A DNA stretch of 64,000 nucleotides from positions 132,190 to 196,189 of the forward strand of contig CAZSKK010000001.1 in assembly GCA_964607415.1 (NCBI GenBank). The letters are read 5' to 3'. This document shows positions 59,272 through 64,000 of this stretch, piece by piece. This stretch comes from an uncultured Candidatus Saccharibacteria bacterium. GTDB lineage: Bacteria > Patescibacteriota > Dojkabacteria > J137. Under the pieces are notes generated by a model. It did no database searches. It was not told the DNA's origin and worked only from the letters and a program-made list of their open reading frames with translations. The position numbers and the translations under genes are program-made. Numbering within the stretch: position 1 is the stretch's first letter; the number at the start of each line of letters is the position of its first letter.

Positions 59272-59306
59272 TAGCTGATAGCTGATAGCTGATAGCTGAT
59301 AGCTGA
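59272..59306 (+). repeat. Perfect heptamer tandem repeat (TAGCTGA)5
   Basis: Directly visible; starts 5 nt after TATAAT (59261-59266). Confidence 0.95.
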
Positions 59307-59346
59307 TACTAATTAACCAAAAACTAATAACTATTAACTTTCACAT

Positions 59347-60114
59347 ATGCGCCCAATTTGGACCGGAGGAATTTCATTTGGACTAATTTACATACCAGTA
59401 ACATTATTTTCTGCAGTTAAACCTGATGAAATTAAATTTCATATGGTTCGGAAAAAAGATTTAGCGCCAATTGGTTATCAAAAAATTGCTAAATCAACTG
59501 GTGAAACTGTTGAAAAGGAAGATATTGTTAAAGCAGTTGAAATGGATGATGGTTCAATGGTTACACTTGAAGATTCTGATTTTGAAAAAGCAAACCCTAG
59601 AAGAACAAAATCAATTGATATTTTGCAGTTTATGGACGAAAAAGAAATCGACCTAAAACTTGCTGAAAGACCTTATTATTTGGAGCCTGAAGAAGCTTCA
59701 AAAAAAACGTATTATCTTTTTTTAAGAGCGTTGCTTAAATCTAAAAAAGCAGCATTGGGAAGATTTGTTTTAAAAAACAAGGAATATTTGGCAATTATTA
59801 AAGCGGAAGAAGATCAGTTAGTTCTAATTCAAGTTAGATATGCCGACGAAATTAAACTACCTGTAAATGACGATTTTTCAAAAATTAAAGTCGAACAGAG
59901 CGAGTTGGAATTAGCTGAGCAAATTATAAACAACATGACTAAACCTTTTGATCCTGGAAAGTACAAAGAAAGTTTTAAGAATGAAATCCAAAGAATTATT
60001 AACGCTAAAAGACATAAGAAGCCACTGGTTCCAAAAGAAATGCCTTTGAAACCAACAGATAGCAAAGACATTATGAGTAAGCTTATGGAGAGTTTGAAGG
60101 AAAGCGAGAAATAA
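59347..60114 (+). CDS. ku: NHEJ DNA end-binding protein Ku
   Basis: MRPIWTG.ISFGL..IPV, PYYLEP, F.P.KY. Confidence 0.96.
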   Translation: MRPIWTGGISFGLIYIPVTLFSAVKPDEIKFHMVRKKDLAPIGYQKIAKSTGETVEKEDIVKAVEMDDGSMVTLEDSDFEKANPRRTKSIDILQFMDEKEIDLKLAERPYYLEPEEASKKTYYLFLRALLKSKKAALGRFVLKNKEYLAIIKAEEDQLVLIQVRYADEIKLPVNDDFSKIKVEQSELELAEQIINNMTKPFDPGKYKESFKNEIQRIINAKRHKKPLVPKEMPLKPTDSKDIMSKLMESLKESEK

Positions 60115-60177
60115 CTACTTTTTATTTTGTCTATCCTTTGACAAGCTCAGGGTGACACTCATAATGTAAATAAGTGT

Positions 60178-62619
60178 ATGCTGACTGACTATAACGCCAA
60201 AAGAAACCCTAAAAAAACTAAAGAGCCATTTAGTGATAAGCTGCTACCTAAAAAACCCCATAAGCCTATTTTTACAGTTCAAAAGCATGACGCCACTAGG
60301 CTTCATTTTGATCTTCGACTGGAGCATAAAGGTGTTTTAAAAAGCTGGGCAATTCCTAAAGAACCTTCAAAAGACCCTGAAGTTAAAAGACTTGCAATTG
60401 AAACTGAAGATCATCCGTACGATTACGCATACTTTAGTGGAGATATCCCGGAAGGTGAATACGGCGCAGGTCACGTTGATTTATGGGATAAAGGGACTTT
60501 TGACATGTACGGTTTTGAATCAGGAATTGATAATGAAGTAATTTTTGAAAAAGCATACGAAAAAGGTCATATTCATGCAATTTTTCACGGTAAAAAACTA
60601 AAAGGAGAATACTCATTATTGAGATTTAGAACTGAGAAAAATAACACATGGCTATTTTTTAAAAATGAAGATGATAAACCATCAAAATTTAAAAAGACAG
60701 AATCCATTGAAGCTACTTTAAGTAAACTTGGTGCAAGAAAAACAGAACTTAATCTTCCAATTAAACCGATGCTTGCAACATTGGTTAAAAAGCCGTTCAC
60801 AAGCGAAGATTGGATTTTTGAAGTTAAGCATGATGGGTATAGAATTATTTGCGAAATTGAAGGCCCAAAAGTCAAACTTTATTCCAGAAATACATTTGAT
60901 TACACAAATAAATTTAAAGACGTGTCAGATGATCTTTCCAAAAGAAATTTAAACGCAATTTTAGATGGTGAACTTGTTGTTTTGGATGAAAATGGTAAAT
61001 CCGACTTCTCTCTTCTTCAAAAATATATAAAAAGTGGAAAAGGTTCTGTGGTTTATTACGTTTTTGATCTGCTAAAGTTTGGAGAATACAATCTTACTAA
61101 TATTCCGTTGATTTATAGAAAAACCATTTTGAAATCGATTATAAAAGATTCCAAATTTGTAAAATACAGTGAACATATAGAAAAAAACGGTGAAAACTTT
61201 TATAAACTTGCAAAAGAAGAAGGTTTGGAAGGGATTATGGCTAAAGAAAAAAATAGCAAATACAATGTTGATACAAGAACAAGTAACTGGCAAAAAATCA
61301 AGACTATTAAAACAATTGACGCATATATTGTAGGATTTACAGAGCCAAAAAATTCAAATGAATTTTTTGGCTCGTTGTGTCTTGCAATAAAAAAAGGCAA
61401 AGGTTTCAAATATATTGGAAATGTTGGTACTGGATTTGATTCAGTCACAAAACAATCACTTTTAGAGTTGTTTTCTGAAATCAAACTAGATAAGCCATCC
61501 GTCACAAATCCAACTAAAGTTATTGGCTTCAAGAAAATTACCTGGATAAAACCAAAGTTTATTTGCACTGTTAAATACGCAGAATTTACAAATGAGCATT
61601 TGTTAAGGCAAGCTGCATTTATTGATTTAAAAAATGCAAAGTATAAGAAAATAAAAACTGAGAATGTAAATGATATTTCTACAGATCTTAAATCATCAAA
61701 ACTGAATTCTAAAGAAGAAATTGTAAAAGTTGGAAATCAATCATTAAAGTTAACAAATTTAGACAAGCTTTACTGGCCCAAACAAAAAATTAATAAAGGC
61801 GAACTTGTTAGGTACTACGATAAAATTTCAGACTATATTTTGCCATATTTAAAAGATAGGCCTGAATCGCTAAATCGACATCCAAATGGAATTGAGGAAG
61901 AAGGTTTTTTTCAAAAAGATATTCCTGAAAACTATCCAGATTGGCTTAAAACTAAAATGATTCATTCCGAAAGTGTTGATAGAGACATTAACTATTTGAT
62001 CTGTAATGATGAAGAAACTTTGATTTATATGGCAAATCTTGGTTGTATTGAAATAAACCCTTGGCATTCAAGACTTGGTTCTTTAGAGAACCCTGATTAT
62101 ATGATTTTTGATTTAGATCCCTTAAATGTCAGCTTTCAAAAGGTTGTTCAGGTTGCATTAAAATTTAAAGAAGTCTTGGAAAAACTTGATATAAAATCTT
62201 ATCCTAAAACATCCGGTGCTACTGGAATTCATATTTATGTTCCACTGCCCTCAACGTATTCATACGACCAGGTTTTGGATTTTGCAAAATTAATTGCAAT
62301 TCAAGTTAATAAAGAACTACCAAAACTTACAAGTATCGAAAGAAGCCCCGAAAAGCGAAATAAGCGAGTTTATTTGGATGTAATGCAAAATATTAAAGGT
62401 CACACAATTGCAACTGTCTACTCTGCACGTCCTAAACCTTTTGCAACAGTTGCAACCCCACTTGATTGGAGTGAGGTAAACGAAAAGCTTTCACCTAAAA
62501 ATTTTAATATTTTTAATATATTTGAAAGATTAAATAAAAAAGGTGATATCTGGCAACCAGTTCTGGGCGATGGAATCAATATGAAGAAGGCCCTGGAAAA
62601 GCTTATGGAGCTGGAATAA
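60178..62619 (+). CDS. ligD: NHEJ DNA ligase D (phosphoesterase-ligase-polymerase)
   Basis: QKH.A.RLH.DLRLE, EVKHDGYR, EGIMAK, R.PNG...FFQK, FDLDP, KTSG..G.H. Confidence 0.97.
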   Translation: MLTDYNAKRNPKKTKEPFSDKLLPKKPHKPIFTVQKHDATRLHFDLRLEHKGVLKSWAIPKEPSKDPEVKRLAIETEDHPYDYAYFSGDIPEGEYGAGHVDLWDKGTFDMYGFESGIDNEVIFEKAYEKGHIHAIFHGKKLKGEYSLLRFRTEKNNTWLFFKNEDDKPSKFKKTESIEATLSKLGARKTELNLPIKPMLATLVKKPFTSEDWIFEVKHDGYRIICEIEGPKVKLYSRNTFDYTNKFKDVSDDLSKRNLNAILDGELVVLDENGKSDFSLLQKYIKSGKGSVVYYVFDLLKFGEYNLTNIPLIYRKTILKSIIKDSKFVKYSEHIEKNGENFYKLAKEEGLEGIMAKEKNSKYNVDTRTSNWQKIKTIKTIDAYIVGFTEPKNSNEFFGSLCLAIKKGKGFKYIGNVGTGFDSVTKQSLLELFSEIKLDKPSVTNPTKVIGFKKITWIKPKFICTVKYAEFTNEHLLRQAAFIDLKNAKYKKIKTENVNDISTDLKSSKLNSKEEIVKVGNQSLKLTNLDKLYWPKQKINKGELVRYYDKISDYILPYLKDRPESLNRHPNGIEEEGFFQKDIPENYPDWLKTKMIHSESVDRDINYLICNDEETLIYMANLGCIEINPWHSRLGSLENPDYMIFDLDPLNVSFQKVVQVALKFKEVLEKLDIKSYPKTSGATGIHIYVPLPSTYSYDQVLDFAKLIAIQVNKELPKLTSIERSPEKRNKRVYLDVMQNIKGHTIATVYSARPKPFATVATPLDWSEVNEKLSPKNFNIFNIFERLNKKGDIWQPVLGDGINMKKALEKLMELE

Positions 62620-62663
62620 TTTATAAATACTAAGTGTCAATGTCGGACATGTAACTCTAGAGC

Positions 62664-63767
62664 TTAAAACGGCCAGCCATTTACGTAACCATTACATTTT
62701 TCCTTATAGCTAGCATTCGTAAACGATCCGCACATTTTATCTAGAGTTTCTTGTTTGGATCTTGAGTTAACAAGATAGTAACTCACAGCACCACTGATGC
62801 AATTATCGAGTAGATCCCAAGGAGCTGTTGCACATGCGTCTTCTACTACTTTGGGCGTTGAAATATTCTGCCTCATAGTTACTGCTCCAACTCCTCTTAA
62901 ACAAGCTACTTGACTTGGAGATTCCAAACATTTATTTACAGCGGCAGCATAATTGTCTTTCATCAGCCTAACAATATATCTACCAGAGTAATATAAGCAA
63001 ACTTCACGGTAAGCGCCATAATAATTCATACATGGATAAAATGGATTATTTGGATCTAAATATTTTGGTTCGTGTGTTAAAGAATTAGCTTCAAAATTTT
63101 CCATAAATACTCCCTCTGAACAATAAATCTGTTGTGAAAGTGTAGAAAATTTATCACAAAAAGGAAGAGCTTGTGGAATTTCACCTTCTTTGTAGTACAT
63201 TAAACCATGGCCAATTGCATGAACACATGTACCATCATTGCCAGCACAGATATTTAAATATTTGCTTTCTATATCAGCCTCGCTTTCAAAATACCCTTCA
63301 ATGACACCATGGGTGTACCCTGCACCGCAAACGTCATCTTGATAACTAATCGTAGTTCCTAAATCACCAAATTTTTTATACCCCATGTGTCCAATAGCAT
63401 GTGTTAATCCGTGACACGATCCAGCTATTTTTTTGCTAATTTTCATTAATTTATCAAGCCTTAACAGCGCAACATGAGGATCTTGATAATCAACAATATT
63501 TTGAAACTCGGTGCTAATAAGCCTATATTCTTTAGCAGTTAAATCTATGGGGCCTTCTGACACATCTTTATTATCATCAAAATTTTCGCTAATAACACTA
63601 TCAGGATTAATGCTGACAGGTAATGAAGGTATGTTCGTAAAATAGCTCGTTGGAACTATATTTGATTTTTCATTTTGATTTGTAAACTTATATCCCCAAA
63701 TGCCAGCAAAACTTGATATAGCAAGAAGAAAAATAAAAGTTAATACAAGCAGGATTTTATTTTTCAT
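62664..63767 (-). CDS. Membrane-anchored Cys/His-rich repeat protein
   Basis: N-terminal TM; CHGLTHAIGH, CGAGYTHG, CVHAIGHG, C..GVFME motifs. Confidence 0.75.
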   Translation of the reverse strand: MKNKILLVLTFIFLLAISSFAGIWGYKFTNQNEKSNIVPTSYFTNIPSLPVSINPDSVISENFDDNKDVSEGPIDLTAKEYRLISTEFQNIVDYQDPHVALLRLDKLMKISKKIAGSCHGLTHAIGHMGYKKFGDLGTTISYQDDVCGAGYTHGVIEGYFESEADIESKYLNICAGNDGTCVHAIGHGLMYYKEGEIPQALPFCDKFSTLSQQIYCSEGVFMENFEANSLTHEPKYLDPNNPFYPCMNYYGAYREVCLYYSGRYIVRLMKDNYAAAVNKCLESPSQVACLRGVGAVTMRQNISTPKVVEDACATAPWDLLDNCISGAVSYYLVNSRSKQETLDKMCGSFTNASYKEKCNGYVNGWPF

Positions 63768-63782
63768 ATATTTGTCAATATT

Positions 63783-64000
63783 TTATGGTAGTAAGACAGT
63801 GTCTAATATATGTAAAATGCCGTTACTGGATTCTGAATCAGATAAAATGACAAATCCCTCGTTGACCATAATTTTATCGTTAAATATTTTAATCTTTAAA
63901 TCCTTGCCATCAATGGTTTTTATGATCATTCCGTCCGAAAGTGCGTCAAGTTTAATTTTACCTTTGACAATGTGATAATTTAGAATATTTTTTAAATGTT
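63783..64000 (-). CDS. Fasciclin (FAS1) domain protein (partial; 5' end outside the window)
   Basis: Manual translation ...ILNYHIVKG...KTIDG...SNGILHILDTVLLP-stop carries the FAS1 YH and H2 motifs. Confidence 0.85.
   Translation of the reverse strand, partial: HLKNILNYHIVKGKIKLDALSDGMIIKTIDGKDLKIKIFNDKIMVNEGFVILSDSESSNGILHILDTVLLP

Noticed and set aside
63700-63975. 91-aa plus-strand ORF
   Set aside because: Antisense to the fasciclin CDS identified on the minus strand.

Overview
AT-rich bacterial chromosome segment. The gene set (CPR-type GT2, stand-alone VirB4-like ATPase plus partner, Fic-HTH, ATP-grasp protein, degenerate SecDF, sortase, many orphan ORFs, tRNAs without encoded CCA) points to Patescibacteria/CPR, possibly Dojkabacteria; this is an inference. 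Housekeeping genes: ftsW, secA, murG, rlmD, miaB, pth, glyA, folD, a DEAD-box helicase, a Xer-like recombinase, ku-ligD and four intact tRNAs. Also present are a cobalamin-riboswitch B12-uptake operon and a type IV toxin-antitoxin pair. The most unusual signals are non-coding: (1) several families of 20-75 bp hairpin elements with compensatory base changes, which interrupt two extra tRNA-Gly copies and sit in frame inside protein genes; (2) two adjacent, apparently paralogous rod-shaped RNAs (6S-like), each behind its own sigma70 promoter; (3) pervasive 7/8-nt periodic tracts that also run through ORFs; (4) a 64-bp duplication of the msrB 3' end enclosing a single orphan gene; (5) widespread leaderless gene starts. 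No rRNA, CRISPR array or transposase was seen. Protein calls come from motif recognition by eye, not database searches.
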